Below are positions 10,350-19,762 of a DNA stretch of 64,000 bases, in pieces. The position numbers and the translations under genes were made by a program. This DNA is from Candidatus Obscuribacteraceae bacterium. Its GTDB lineage: Bacteria; Cyanobacteriota; Vampirovibrionia; Obscuribacterales; Obscuribacteraceae. The notes under the pieces are model-generated. The model ran no database searches and was not told the DNA's origin. It saw nothing but the letters and a program-made list of their open reading frames with translations. Each line of letters begins with the position of its first letter. Positions within the stretch are counted from its first letter, which is position 1. The stretch covers positions 320,001-384,000 of the forward strand of contig JBGAHS010000007.1 of the NCBI GenBank assembly GCA_044226015.1, written 5' to 3'.

Positions 10350-10922
10350 ATGAAAACCGCCATTATTGTTCACGGAGCGCCCAGCAGAGAAGAATATTAT
10401 GATGCGAATGTACCTTCGGCTAGCAACCACCACTGGCTTCCGTGGCTACAGCGTCATTTGCAGGTAAATGGATACGCTGCACACACACCGGAAATTCCAG
10501 ATTGTTGGGATCCTCAATACAATGTATGGCGAAGAGAATTTGAACGTTTCGACATCAATAATCAAACACTTCTTGTAGGACATAGCTGTGGCGGAGGATT
10601 TTTAGTTCGCTGGCTAAGCGAGAACCCCGGCACGATAGTGAATAAAGTTGTTCTTGTCGCTCCATGGCTGGACCCCTGGCGTGTACGCACCAGTGATTTT
10701 TTCAACTTTGAGATTGCAACTGATCTGGTTACTCGAACTCGCCATGGCATTGTTATTTTTAATTCTGATACTGATATTCCAGACGTCAAAGAGAGTGCGT
10801 ACAAACTTCGCGACACGATAACAAATTGTGAGTTCAGAGAGTTCCACAATTATGGACATTTTTGTTTGGAAGATCTGCATGGACAGGCATTTCCTGAACT
10901 GCTGCATACACTATTGAATTAG
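10350..10922 (+). CDS. Alpha/beta hydrolase, RBBP9/YdeN family
   Basis: IIVHG, WLPWL, GHSCGG nucleophile elbow, SDTD, GHF. Start moved to the ATG at 10350. Confidence 0.88.
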   Translation: MKTAIIVHGAPSREEYYDANVPSASNHHWLPWLQRHLQVNGYAAHTPEIPDCWDPQYNVWRREFERFDINNQTLLVGHSCGGGFLVRWLSENPGTIVNKVVLVAPWLDPWRVRTSDFFNFEIATDLVTRTRHGIVIFNSDTDIPDVKESAYKLRDTITNCEFREFHNYGHFCLEDLHGQAFPELLHTLLN

Positions 10923-10993
10923 CTATTCCTTTTGTCAGGTTCTTCTATTGGTTCGTTAGTCGCGGTATAGATTTCTTTCGCGTCTCGCTAATA

Positions 10994-12556
10994 TCAGAGC
11001 TGCTCGATCTTTGTGTAGTGCTCTCTGTCAAACCGAAACTCAAGGGATGGAGCCAGAAAGCAGAGGGCTTCTGCATCACCAACAATGCTTTCTATTGTGC
11101 TGGAACTCACTTCTCCATCCAGTAATTTGCATTTATCTAGTGGTATGTCTAACCGAATTTCCTGAAAGCAAATGCGGTTAAGGAAAGGTTGGCTTGAGAT
11201 AGCTCTTTCTTGAGGTACGCAGTAAGAAAGAACGTCGGCGAAGTCGTTGAAGCATTCAGTCCATGGTGCTGCTAACTTAAGGTTTTGATTGTCGGCAACT
11301 TTCAAGCGAGCTGAAAGTTGTGGTGCTGTTCCGCCATCGGGTCCAAACGAAATGTCGAGCTCATCTCCGCTTAAAGTTCTGGTTTTCACTGAAGCAACTT
11401 GCATCGGCATTCCTTCACTAAAGGTACGGGCACACAAGGACATGATGAGGTTGTCGGTCGCATTGCTGAGAAAGTAAATTCCTTTGAGTCCTGAGCTGCG
11501 GTCTACGACATGAATTCGCCAATTAGAAACCAGCCCGCTTAGTTTGAGTTGCTTTCTCAGAAATGGAGGATTCTGTGGTCCAAAGTTCGAGTGAATAAAA
11601 GTAAGCACGCTGAAAACACCATACTCTTTTGAGCCTCTTCCAAGCTTCTGCAGTTCTAATCCCTCTGGAACTAAAGGCAGTAGCCGTTCAGCGGGAACAA
11701 GGTAATTTATGTAGACCACCTCACTTATATCACTTGCTAGTGGCACAGGTGGTATCAATTCGAAGATTCGTCGTGCAATAAGATTGTCACCGACTATTTG
11801 CAGAAGACCTTTCAATTGTGTTGAATTTGGCAACGACCAAGCCGCGTATCGCCCCCATGAGCTTCTTGTTCGTTGAGCTTTGATTAGATAATCAACTACC
11901 CAGCCAAACCACAGTATCAATAATGGAAAGAATATTGCGTTTGCTGTTGCAAGAACTAAGAATGGTATGACGATTTTAGATGATGCAACAAACAAAACTG
12001 AGCACAGGAAGGACAAAATCCAGATGGACCAGGAAAAAGAGAAGAATGCTCTGCTTACTTTCACGACATACTTGAGAGAAATTGTCCAAAAAATGGCAAG
12101 CACCGAATATAGCATTGCAGCCCAGCCGCAAATGTCCATGTAAATTGGAGCCTCGAATTGCAAATACTTATTCAGGTCGCCGCTTTCTAGCGACGATTTT
12201 GCAATTGCTGAACCATCACGAACCCAGCGGAACTGCCCCGTCTGATCTGGAATTATTGAAATAACTGTGATTGCTAGAACTAAAATTCTGAGGTAAAGAG
12301 GGATTTTTTTTGCAGATAGAAATGCCATCGCGATAAAGAAATCAGACAGTGCGGATAACTGCCAGGGTAACCAACCTGCTTGCCATAAAGCAGAATTCTC
12401 TGCGATGTATTTTATTCTTGTAGGGTCGGGAATTAGTCCACCAGGCATGCCTGGCATCAATAGTAGTGCCATGGAAAACAAGCCGACAGCATGTGTAATG
12501 AGGGCAAACCAAAACGTGAGTTCGAGTAATTTTATTGAATCACGGGGTATCTTCAT
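10994..12556 (-). CDS. Membrane protein fused to a DUF2071/YqjF-like (acetoacetate decarboxylase-fold) domain
   Basis: About 6 TM helices followed by VVYINYLVPAERLLPLVPEGL...NWRIHV...GIYFLS. Confidence 0.65.
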   Translation of the reverse strand: MKIPRDSIKLLELTFWFALITHAVGLFSMALLLMPGMPGGLIPDPTRIKYIAENSALWQAGWLPWQLSALSDFFIAMAFLSAKKIPLYLRILVLAITVISIIPDQTGQFRWVRDGSAIAKSSLESGDLNKYLQFEAPIYMDICGWAAMLYSVLAIFWTISLKYVVKVSRAFFSFSWSIWILSFLCSVLFVASSKIVIPFLVLATANAIFFPLLILWFGWVVDYLIKAQRTRSSWGRYAAWSLPNSTQLKGLLQIVGDNLIARRIFELIPPVPLASDISEVVYINYLVPAERLLPLVPEGLELQKLGRGSKEYGVFSVLTFIHSNFGPQNPPFLRKQLKLSGLVSNWRIHVVDRSSGLKGIYFLSNATDNLIMSLCARTFSEGMPMQVASVKTRTLSGDELDISFGPDGGTAPQLSARLKVADNQNLKLAAPWTECFNDFADVLSYCVPQERAISSQPFLNRICFQEIRLDIPLDKCKLLDGEVSSSTIESIVGDAEALCFLAPSLEFRFDREHYTKIEQL

Positions 12557-14108
12557 TTTGTTCGCTGCTGGTTAAAGGATTGCTCCTCTTAATTCTGCCA
12601 TCAACTTTAGGAGCTATTACACCCTGGCTCAATGCTTCAAGCAAAATCACGGATTCCGATCTTCCTTCTTCTGGTTTTGTTAGGTACTTGTGCCCTTTTA
12701 GCATGAGGTAGCCGTCACCACCTGAGGTCACGTAATCATTACCAGCTAATGTATAAGTCTTCTCCATTTCAATCGGTGAACCATTGATCATAATCGACCC
12801 TACTCTTGAGCCCGGCGCTTTTGTAGTATCATAAGCAAACGTTATTCCAGAAACCTGTGGAAACCTGCCATCTGCTTCGGCTGCGCGACTTACTCCATGT
12901 TCCAGCGCTGCTTTAATTGTGGAACCTTTCACCTCAATTTTTACGATTGGATTTTCGAATGGAAGAATTGCCAGAGCATCACGGCGTCTAATCTCGCCTA
13001 CGGGATAAACTTGATTTGAACGCACGCTTCCACCGTTTACAATAGCTACGTCTGCGCCGGTCGCTTTTCTAAATGCATCCGCTATGAAATCGCCTAGATT
13101 AGTCTCGCGGCGCTCATTGTTCGCCTGAACAGCGTCCAAATCTACACTAGTTTCTCCTGCATGCTTGTCCAATTCTTGGGCAAGTTTATCATCATAGGAG
13201 TGTATTGCTTTTATCATTTCGGCATCATCTCTGAGTTCTGACGTTACAGGCATGATTTCCCATGTAATATCATCAATCTTCTTGTTCTTACTGGAATAAT
13301 CAATTTCTATTTTTCCTAGAAAACGTGCGTCGGAACCCATTTTCAGAATTGGTGCATGCCCTGCGTATGCGTTGATCAGATAATGTTCGTGTCCACCTAG
13401 AATCAAATCGATAGGTACAGCTTTTGCTAGTTCTTTATCTTGCGAAATGGTCAAGTGTGTTACAGCAACTATGACTTCAGCTCCATCTGCTTTCATTTTA
13501 GGAATGATCTTTTTTGCTGTTTCAATCGGGTCGAGAATTTGAACTCGGGGTCCTGGCCTTGATTGTTTTTCCGTGTCTGGCGTCAGGAAACCGACAATTC
13601 CTACTTTGACTCCATCGATGTCGCGAATTGCATAAGGCTTTGCGTTTCCAAAATACTCACCGGTGTCTTTGTCTTTTACGTTTGCGCAGATCCAGCTGAA
13701 TTTTGAATCTTTCATTCGTTCAAGAAATTCAAACGGGCCAAAATCAAATTCGTGATTTCCAAAAGTCGCGTAGTCGAGATTAAGAGCGTTCCAGGCAGCA
13801 ATCATTTGTTGCCCTTTAAAGAGTTGTGACGCTACCGATGGTGACAGCGTATCTCCCGCAAGTACGAAAATGGCATCGGGAACGGCTGCCATAATATGTT
13901 TTTTTAGTGTTGCTACACGCGCTAAACCACCGTGTGCGTTGCGGTCGACTGGCGAGGTCTGGTAGACATCATTTAATTGCAGGAAGGTGATTTTGACCTT
14001 GTCTGCCCCCTCTTTCATTGCCGAAACCGGAGTCACTGGGAAAGACAGAAAAAGGCTTATTGCTGAACATGACAATAGCGCCTTTAGTATTCGATAGTTT
14101 CGCATCAT
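12540..14108 (-). CDS. Bifunctional metallophosphoesterase/5'-nucleotidase
   Basis: LQLNDVY, AGDTLSPS, GNHEFD, GGHEH, ETNLGDFIAD, NGGSVR, FPQVSG; signal peptide. Confidence 0.93.
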   Translation of the reverse strand: MMRNYRILKALLSCSAISLFLSFPVTPVSAMKEGADKVKITFLQLNDVYQTSPVDRNAHGGLARVATLKKHIMAAVPDAIFVLAGDTLSPSVASQLFKGQQMIAAWNALNLDYATFGNHEFDFGPFEFLERMKDSKFSWICANVKDKDTGEYFGNAKPYAIRDIDGVKVGIVGFLTPDTEKQSRPGPRVQILDPIETAKKIIPKMKADGAEVIVAVTHLTISQDKELAKAVPIDLILGGHEHYLINAYAGHAPILKMGSDARFLGKIEIDYSSKNKKIDDITWEIMPVTSELRDDAEMIKAIHSYDDKLAQELDKHAGETSVDLDAVQANNERRETNLGDFIADAFRKATGADVAIVNGGSVRSNQVYPVGEIRRRDALAILPFENPIVKIEVKGSTIKAALEHGVSRAAEADGRFPQVSGITFAYDTTKAPGSRVGSIMINGSPIEMEKTYTLAGNDYVTSGGDGYLMLKGHKYLTKPEEGRSESVILLEALSQGVIAPKVDGRIKRSNPLTSSEQNEDTP

Positions 14109-14208
14109 TGAGTCACCAGGTAATTACGCGCCTTAGCATAGGATCAAGTCACGTTAAGTTCAAGAATGATTCTTCAGAACATTCGCACTTGAAATCGAAT
14201 TGGCATGT

Positions 14209-15141
14209 TCAGGCACGAACGACGCCTTTTTGTTTCATGCTATTCAAGACTTCACAAGGTTTGATTTGGGCCATGCAATTGTCACTTGTTGGAAGGGGGC
14301 ATTCTTTGCGGTCGTATTTTATCTCAACGCTCAGTTTGGAAGCCGCCATAAAGCCCGGTTTCAATGTTGCATCACGATTGCAGCTCGAGGGACAATCAAT
14401 GGCTTCGAAATTGACACAATGAGAAGCTGATCTGTGGTGGAAGTTTGAAGGATGAACTAGCGCGAACGTTTTAACACCTTGTTGTACAGCCAGGTGCATA
14501 AGTCCCGTGTCTACCGACACTACAGCCTTGCAAGCTGAGATTGCATCAACAGCTTCAGCAACGTTGTTGGTCTCATGCCAGTGCATATTTTCGTCAATCA
14601 GTCGTGCCACCGCGGGCGATTCTGAAGGCTTACCTAAAAGAAAACAATCTTGACCGGCATTCTCGAGTGTTTTCCACAGCCAGAGCCAGTATTCGTGCGG
14701 CCAGTGTTTGTAAAAACCGTCAGAACCAGGTACAAACGCGATTCTGTTTTGTAAACTTGCAACAGGCTTGTTCATGAGCGGTTTCAATGATTGATAATCT
14801 GCTATTGCATCAAAGTCCTTTGCAATTTTTGTTATTATTGACTCAATTCTGGTTTTACCGAAGAGTGCTTCGAACTCAGGTGAGCCCCAGCAGTAGTCGG
14901 TTTGAAGTGGATGATCGCGTAGGTTGATGTATCTATATTTCGCCTTTTTTTCTTTGGCGTTGAAATCTTGCTCGGAGATTTCCCCTGCAAGTTCTTCGAT
15001 ACGTTCTGCAAAGCCGTTTTGACGATGCGAACGAGTAACCAGGTAAACTTCTTGTCCCTGGTCTAGAAAAAACTGGACAACTGGCAAGGATATCAACACG
15101 TCGCCGAAGCCGGTGCCTATTGGGGCCACAAAGACTTGCAT
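14209..15141 (-). CDS. Glycosyltransferase family 9 (heptosyltransferase-like)
   Basis: GFGDVLISLP, K.WP.EYW, VSVDTGLMHLA. Confidence 0.88.
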   Translation of the reverse strand: MQVFVAPIGTGFGDVLISLPVVQFFLDQGQEVYLVTRSHRQNGFAERIEELAGEISEQDFNAKEKKAKYRYINLRDHPLQTDYCWGSPEFEALFGKTRIESIITKIAKDFDAIADYQSLKPLMNKPVASLQNRIAFVPGSDGFYKHWPHEYWLWLWKTLENAGQDCFLLGKPSESPAVARLIDENMHWHETNNVAEAVDAISACKAVVSVDTGLMHLAVQQGVKTFALVHPSNFHHRSASHCVNFEAIDCPSSCNRDATLKPGFMAASKLSVEIKYDRKECPLPTSDNCMAQIKPCEVLNSMKQKGVVRA

Positions 15142-15152
15142 TAATTGTCTTT

Positions 15153-15815
15153 TTACAGAAGTGTAAGTAGATCGTCGTCTCTTACAACCGTTTCTGGCCC
15201 GACTGGTTTGTCGACTTCACCTGTTATCAACATTTGGAAATACCAGCTTGGTAGGTACATTTTGCTTGTCGCTAGAGAGATGAAGAGCGGTGCTATTTCT
15301 AGTTTTGGGAAAAGTCGGCGTAGGCGGAAAAACTCATTTTTCAATGAATCGATTTCATCGGTAATTGCATATCTAGACGCATTCACCGTCACGTAATCTT
15401 CGGCCCGATCTTTGTACCATCCCTGTTCAACAAGTGCGTTAATCATTGCTTGTTTGTTTTCAGCAACCTTCGTCATTCCGCAATCATTATGTCCTACTAG
15501 CGCAAGGTGCTTCACTCCCTTGGACATTGTGTAAGCCAGGCTAAACTCAGATCCATTCAATCTTCCGCTTGCCCGTCGCATAATGTACGCAAATTCAGAA
15601 GGGACTCTGGGTTGATATCGAAACTCGATACAAGTGGCAATTACCAATTCGGGAAATCCAGATGGCGTAATCTCAGCACCAAAGTTCTGCGAGAGAATTA
15701 GCGTTTCGACAGGTGTTCCCTGCCATCGCTCTGGGATGTCGGATGGTGCTTCGATTGGGGACAATCGACCTGCTAAACGTGGGTCGCGTGTAACTCTAAG
15801 ATTTTCTTTGCTCAT
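15153..15815 (-). CDS. Beta-carbonic anhydrase-like protein
   Basis: TCIEFR (CxxxR) and VGHNDCGM (HxxC) Zn motifs. Confidence 0.75.
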   Translation of the reverse strand: MSKENLRVTRDPRLAGRLSPIEAPSDIPERWQGTPVETLILSQNFGAEITPSGFPELVIATCIEFRYQPRVPSEFAYIMRRASGRLNGSEFSLAYTMSKGVKHLALVGHNDCGMTKVAENKQAMINALVEQGWYKDRAEDYVTVNASRYAITDEIDSLKNEFFRLRRLFPKLEIAPLFISLATSKMYLPSWYFQMLITGEVDKPVGPETVVRDDDLLTLL

Positions 15816-16226
15816 TTTTCGCAGTCTTGAATTGGGAGTAAACGTGAAATTGGATGTTCATATATTCTATTGGGTGCAGCGCCATTTGATGGGGTTGATT
15901 CAGTGTGTTAAGTGATTATGTGTGATTTCTCAGGCTATCGGCAATGGTGACCATTCGACTCTGTTCGACGTGTCAAGTTTGAGCTAATCTTGCAAGCGGT
16001 ATCGCAGGCGGTGGCGTTTCTCTGGGTCCCAGATTTCCCTGGTTTAATGCTTACCTGTGGGGAATTTTTGCCTATTAGTGCTGAAAACTGCCGAAAGAAT
16101 TGATTTCTGTTATCTGGGTATAATCAATGAGGCGCAGAGAATCTGCTAGTTCAGAGTAGCTCAGTGGGTACCCCGAAAATCTTGGAGGGAGATCCTGAAA
16201 AGCCTTTAGTACCATGTTAAAGCCAG

Positions 16227-17330
16227 ATGAATAAAGCTCAGCCATCAGAAATTAGTGCTCAGGAACGGTTTATAATCGCGATTCGCGATTGCGCCTGTCG
16301 TCTTGCCGCAAGGCAGGAAAGAGAGAAGATTCTGAATGAAACCGCCTCTTGTTTCGCGGAGTTTAGTTCTGCCAGTGATGCTTTGATTATCGACATTTCT
16401 AGAGACAGTTTAGAGCTCTACCGCAGTTCGGAGAACGGTGAAGAGCCCGAGACAACCGTTGTTTTAGAAGAGTCAGTGGCGCCATTGCTTGATCTTCTGC
16501 GCGACCGATACCTTACCGAGCTCGGAATCAGGGTCTTTAATCTTCGCATTGTCGACCCACCTGACGGAATTCCCGACGATTTTATCGCCGAGGCGCTTGA
16601 GGAACTCGGTGTCAACCAGGGGTTCATTCTTCCGTTAACCGTTGCCAGGCACTATTTTGCGGAAAATGTTCAGGGCTTCCTCCTGCTCAAGAATGTGCCA
16701 AGTCACAAATTTGCTGACCCTGGGCACCTCGCGCTGCTGCGAATGGCTACGGATCTTTTGTCACTTACTGGTGATAACACTGAGCTAGGATATGCTCTGG
16801 CACGGCTGCGACCCACCGATCAGACTACAGGACTGGCAAGCAATCACAAACTGATGTCACAGTTGCTGGAAGAAGTCGAACGCGCCAAATATCTCAACAG
16901 GAGTTTCGCACTTGTTCTTGCGGACATAGACAATTTCAAGTCTTTCAACCTTCGACAGGGTTATCGATTTGGAGATCTTGTTGTAAAAACTGTCGCTGAT
17001 GACCTTTTGCTAGAGTCTCGCCCGATCGACATGGTGTCTCGTTGGGGATCAGAAGAATATCTAGTCTTGCTGCCTGAAGTGGGTCCCGCCGAAGCGATGG
17101 ATTTCGCCGAACGCTGTCGTAAAAGAGTGGCTGAACATCCCATTACTCCCAATGATTATTTAGAAGAGATATTCGTCTCGTTGAGCTTCGGGATTTCTTT
17201 GTTTCCTGAGCACGGAAACAGCGCTGAGCATCTACTGCGAAACGTTGAATTGGCTTTGCTCCAATCGAAACTGAGCGGACGAAATCGAAGCACAGTTTGG
17301 TCTGAAGAATTCCTGTTGGCGGACGTTTAA
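16227..17330 (+). CDS. GAF-like plus GGDEF-domain protein with degenerate GSEEY active site
   Basis: D..TGL.., DIDNFKSFN, GD, RPID I-site, RWGSEEY, SFGIS, K.SGRN. Confidence 0.88.
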   Translation: MNKAQPSEISAQERFIIAIRDCACRLAARQEREKILNETASCFAEFSSASDALIIDISRDSLELYRSSENGEEPETTVVLEESVAPLLDLLRDRYLTELGIRVFNLRIVDPPDGIPDDFIAEALEELGVNQGFILPLTVARHYFAENVQGFLLLKNVPSHKFADPGHLALLRMATDLLSLTGDNTELGYALARLRPTDQTTGLASNHKLMSQLLEEVERAKYLNRSFALVLADIDNFKSFNLRQGYRFGDLVVKTVADDLLLESRPIDMVSRWGSEEYLVLLPEVGPAEAMDFAERCRKRVAEHPITPNDYLEEIFVSLSFGISLFPEHGNSAEHLLRNVELALLQSKLSGRNRSTVWSEEFLLADV

Positions 17331-17592
17331 CGGCAGAGTTGTTGTTGCTTTTTTTTGTGTGGACCGTTAATCTCCTGTTTTGTCTTCTCTTCTTTATCCT
17401 CTCGTTTTGTCCTCGCGTTTTATCCTCTCGTTTCATTTTTCATTTTTTGTTTGGGATTGCTTCCGCGTTGGTAGGTCCTGTCTTCCTCTTCGCTGATTCT
17501 GGAATTCCACCTGGCTTCTGGAAAGCTACACTTTGCGGCCGATAAGACGCTCTGCTCATGATCTCTTGTGGTCATGGCTGGGGATTCTCTTT

Positions 17593-17613
17593 GTGTCGTA
17601 TGCTTTACGATAT
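17593..17613. promoter_or_regulatory. Candidate NrtR-type operator 1 (GT-N7-AC palindrome)
   Basis: GTGTCGTATGCTTTACGATAT; core CGTA-N5-TACGATA is shared with the site at 17670. Confidence 0.6.
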
Positions 17614-17637
17614 AGTTGCACTTGAATTTAGGGGTGC

Positions 17638-17667
17638 TTGACAGTGCTTTGTTGATAGGTTTATGAT
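17638..17667 (+). promoter_or_regulatory. Sigma70-type promoter of the J-domain/vWA/PurA-like operon
   Basis: TTGACA (17638-43), 18-nt spacer, TATGAT (17662-67). Confidence 0.75.
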
Positions 17668-17669
17668 AG

Positions 17670-17690
17670 TAAACGTAAAAACTACGATAA
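17670..17690. promoter_or_regulatory. Candidate NrtR-type operator 2 overlapping the predicted transcription start
   Basis: TAAACGTAAAAACTACGATAA, a 21-bp imperfect palindrome with a GT-N7-AC core. Confidence 0.62.
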
Positions 17691-17704
17691 AGACGGGGGC
17701 GGAT

Positions 17705-18778
17705 ATGCGTAAATTAGATGGACTCTCCGCAGATAAGATTCTTGCTGTCGAAGAACCTGAATTGCTTTTCTCGAGGTTTTCAGATGAAGCCAAGCAAGAA
17801 TACAGGGCGCTAGCTTTAATTTGGCATCCAGATAACTATCGAGAGCCCATAGGCGCTTCTGTTTTTTCTCACATCAACTCACTGTACCGAAGCGGGCTTG
17901 CAAAAATGCAGGACGGCACATGGACAGAGCCTGCTGAAAAAATCGAAGAGCAAGTAGATGGTCGCAAGAAGTTCGTTCTGGAAAACAATCTGGTCAAATA
18001 CTTTGACTACATCAAAGCTCGAAAATTTGAACTAGGAAAAATGTATGTAGGCGAGCACTCAGTTGCGTTCGAGCTGAAACTTGAATATACAGATCTTTTT
18101 CACAATGCTCGAAGAATAATCGGAAAATTAGGCTACAAGGACGAAGTGATGGCGGTTGAGATGGCTAAATATCTCCCTCAAGTTGTGGATGCCTTTCGGT
18201 GCAAGAATTCGAATGTTCTGGTTTTTCGAAAAACCCCCGACCAGGTTTTGCTTTCAGATGTATTGGAGACTTTTGAAAAAGGTGTAGAGCCAATCGAGCA
18301 CGTGGGATGGATTTTGAATGTTCTGTATAACATTGCTTGCTATCTTGATTGGAGCAAGGTCTCGCACAACTCGATTTCTGCAGAAACGTTTTTCATTTCT
18401 CCTTTGCGGCACAGCGGAATGCTGCTAGGAGGCTGGTGGTACTCAACAGAGCGAGATGCCGCACTAATCGCCTTGCCTGCCAGCACTATAAATGCACTTT
18501 CGCCAGATGTAGTAGATCAAAAATCTGCGTTAGCTGAAATAGATCTTGAATGTGTAAAAGCTGTGGGACGAGAGGTGTTGGGTGACGGCGCTGGTGCTAG
18601 TTTGAGATTTGACAAACGAATACCACAACGTCTGGCAGATGCGCTGCTTATGCCGACTCGAGGAAACGCACTGCAGGACTATCGTGAGTGGAAGCATGAA
18701 GTTTTAGAAGATTGTTTTGGGCGACCTAAGTTCATTCCTATGAACATTAGTAGCAAAAAATTGTATAAGGAGATATAA
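17705..18778 (+). CDS. J-domain-like (HPD) protein fused to a degenerate protein-kinase-like domain
   Basis: AKQEYRALALIWHPD at the N-terminus; HVGWILN...SHNSISAETFFISP...LLGGWWY kinase-like C-lobe lacking the catalytic Asp. ATG 17705 follows a GGGGG RBS (alternative start 17663 overlaps the -10 box). Confidence 0.7.
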   Translation: MRKLDGLSADKILAVEEPELLFSRFSDEAKQEYRALALIWHPDNYREPIGASVFSHINSLYRSGLAKMQDGTWTEPAEKIEEQVDGRKKFVLENNLVKYFDYIKARKFELGKMYVGEHSVAFELKLEYTDLFHNARRIIGKLGYKDEVMAVEMAKYLPQVVDAFRCKNSNVLVFRKTPDQVLLSDVLETFEKGVEPIEHVGWILNVLYNIACYLDWSKVSHNSISAETFFISPLRHSGMLLGGWWYSTERDAALIALPASTINALSPDVVDQKSALAEIDLECVKAVGREVLGDGAGASLRFDKRIPQRLADALLMPTRGNALQDYREWKHEVLEDCFGRPKFIPMNISSKKLYKEI

Positions 18779-18780
18779 CC

Positions 18781-19698
18781 ATGGGTGGTGCTAGATGGAA
18801 TCCCGATGATTGGGATAGTTACGTATCGAAAACAGCATCTGTATCGACCGCAAGCTTGTTTGGGCGGTCCATGCATAAGGACCTCGATCCTCGGAAAATA
18901 AAACTGAGAGAGTCGTGCGACTCTGATGAAAATCCTAATTCAACTCCGATTATCATTGCAGTTGATGACACAGGCTCAATGGGTTTTCTTGCAGAGACTC
19001 TAATTCGAAAGGGTTTAGGTGTTCTGATAGAAGAAATCTACCTGCGCAAACCAGTAAGCGATCCTCACATCATGTGTATGGCTGTGGGTGATGCATACTG
19101 TGATCAGGCGCCATTGCAAGTGACTCAGTTTGAAGTAGATATGCGCCTGGTAGAGCAACTCTCTAATTTCTTCATTGAAGGAGGGGGTGGTGGCAATAGC
19201 TTTGAGAGCTATAACTTGCCCTGGTACTTTGCAGCTACGCGAACCAAATGTGATGCAATGTTGAAGCGTAATAGGAAGGGGTATTTGTTTACCGTTGGGG
19301 ACGAACCACCGCCGCCTAAGTTGCTGGCTGCGCATGTCGAAAAGTTCTTGGGCACGAAGTTAGAGCGTGATATGGACTCGGCTGAATTATTTAGAATGGC
19401 TTCCCGTCACTGGGAGATATTTCACATAATTATTGAAGAAGGCGATTTCTATCGCAGTAATCCTAGAAAGGTTCTTGCCGATTGGCGGAAGCTCGTAGGT
19501 CAAAGAGCTATCTGTCTTGCAGATCACAAAGAGCTTGCTGAGCTGATTGTCTCGACAATACAGGTAAATGAAGGAAGTTCAATTGAGGAGGTTGCTGCAT
19601 CGTGGTCGGGAAGTACCGCCCTGGCTGTATGCGATTCCTTGAAAAGCTTGCAACCGGTGGGTGCAAACAGCAAGTCAAAAGGTGTGACCAGGTTTTAG
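18781..19698 (+). CDS. vWA (MIDAS) domain protein
   Basis: IIAVDDTGSMG (DxTxS), VGDA, EGGGGGN..ESY, FTVGDE. AGGAGA RBS lies within the end of the upstream gene. Confidence 0.8.
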   Translation: MGGARWNPDDWDSYVSKTASVSTASLFGRSMHKDLDPRKIKLRESCDSDENPNSTPIIIAVDDTGSMGFLAETLIRKGLGVLIEEIYLRKPVSDPHIMCMAVGDAYCDQAPLQVTQFEVDMRLVEQLSNFFIEGGGGGNSFESYNLPWYFAATRTKCDAMLKRNRKGYLFTVGDEPPPPKLLAAHVEKFLGTKLERDMDSAELFRMASRHWEIFHIIIEEGDFYRSNPRKVLADWRKLVGQRAICLADHKELAELIVSTIQVNEGSSIEEVAASWSGSTALAVCDSLKSLQPVGANSKSKGVTRF

Positions 19699-19762
19699 GC
19701 GCGGGAAGAAGCTGGGCTCATCATTGAGCCCAGCTTTCGACTTTCACTCTGAGGAGAAAATC

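Noticed and set aside
16150..16175. tRNA fragment-like GAGTAGCTCAGTGGGTA
   Set aside because: No D-stem closure, anticodon arm or T arm follows.
17327..17560. Small basic ORFs between the GGDEF and J-domain genes
   Set aside because: Low-complexity T-rich sequence with interrupted frames and overlap with the GGDEF gene.
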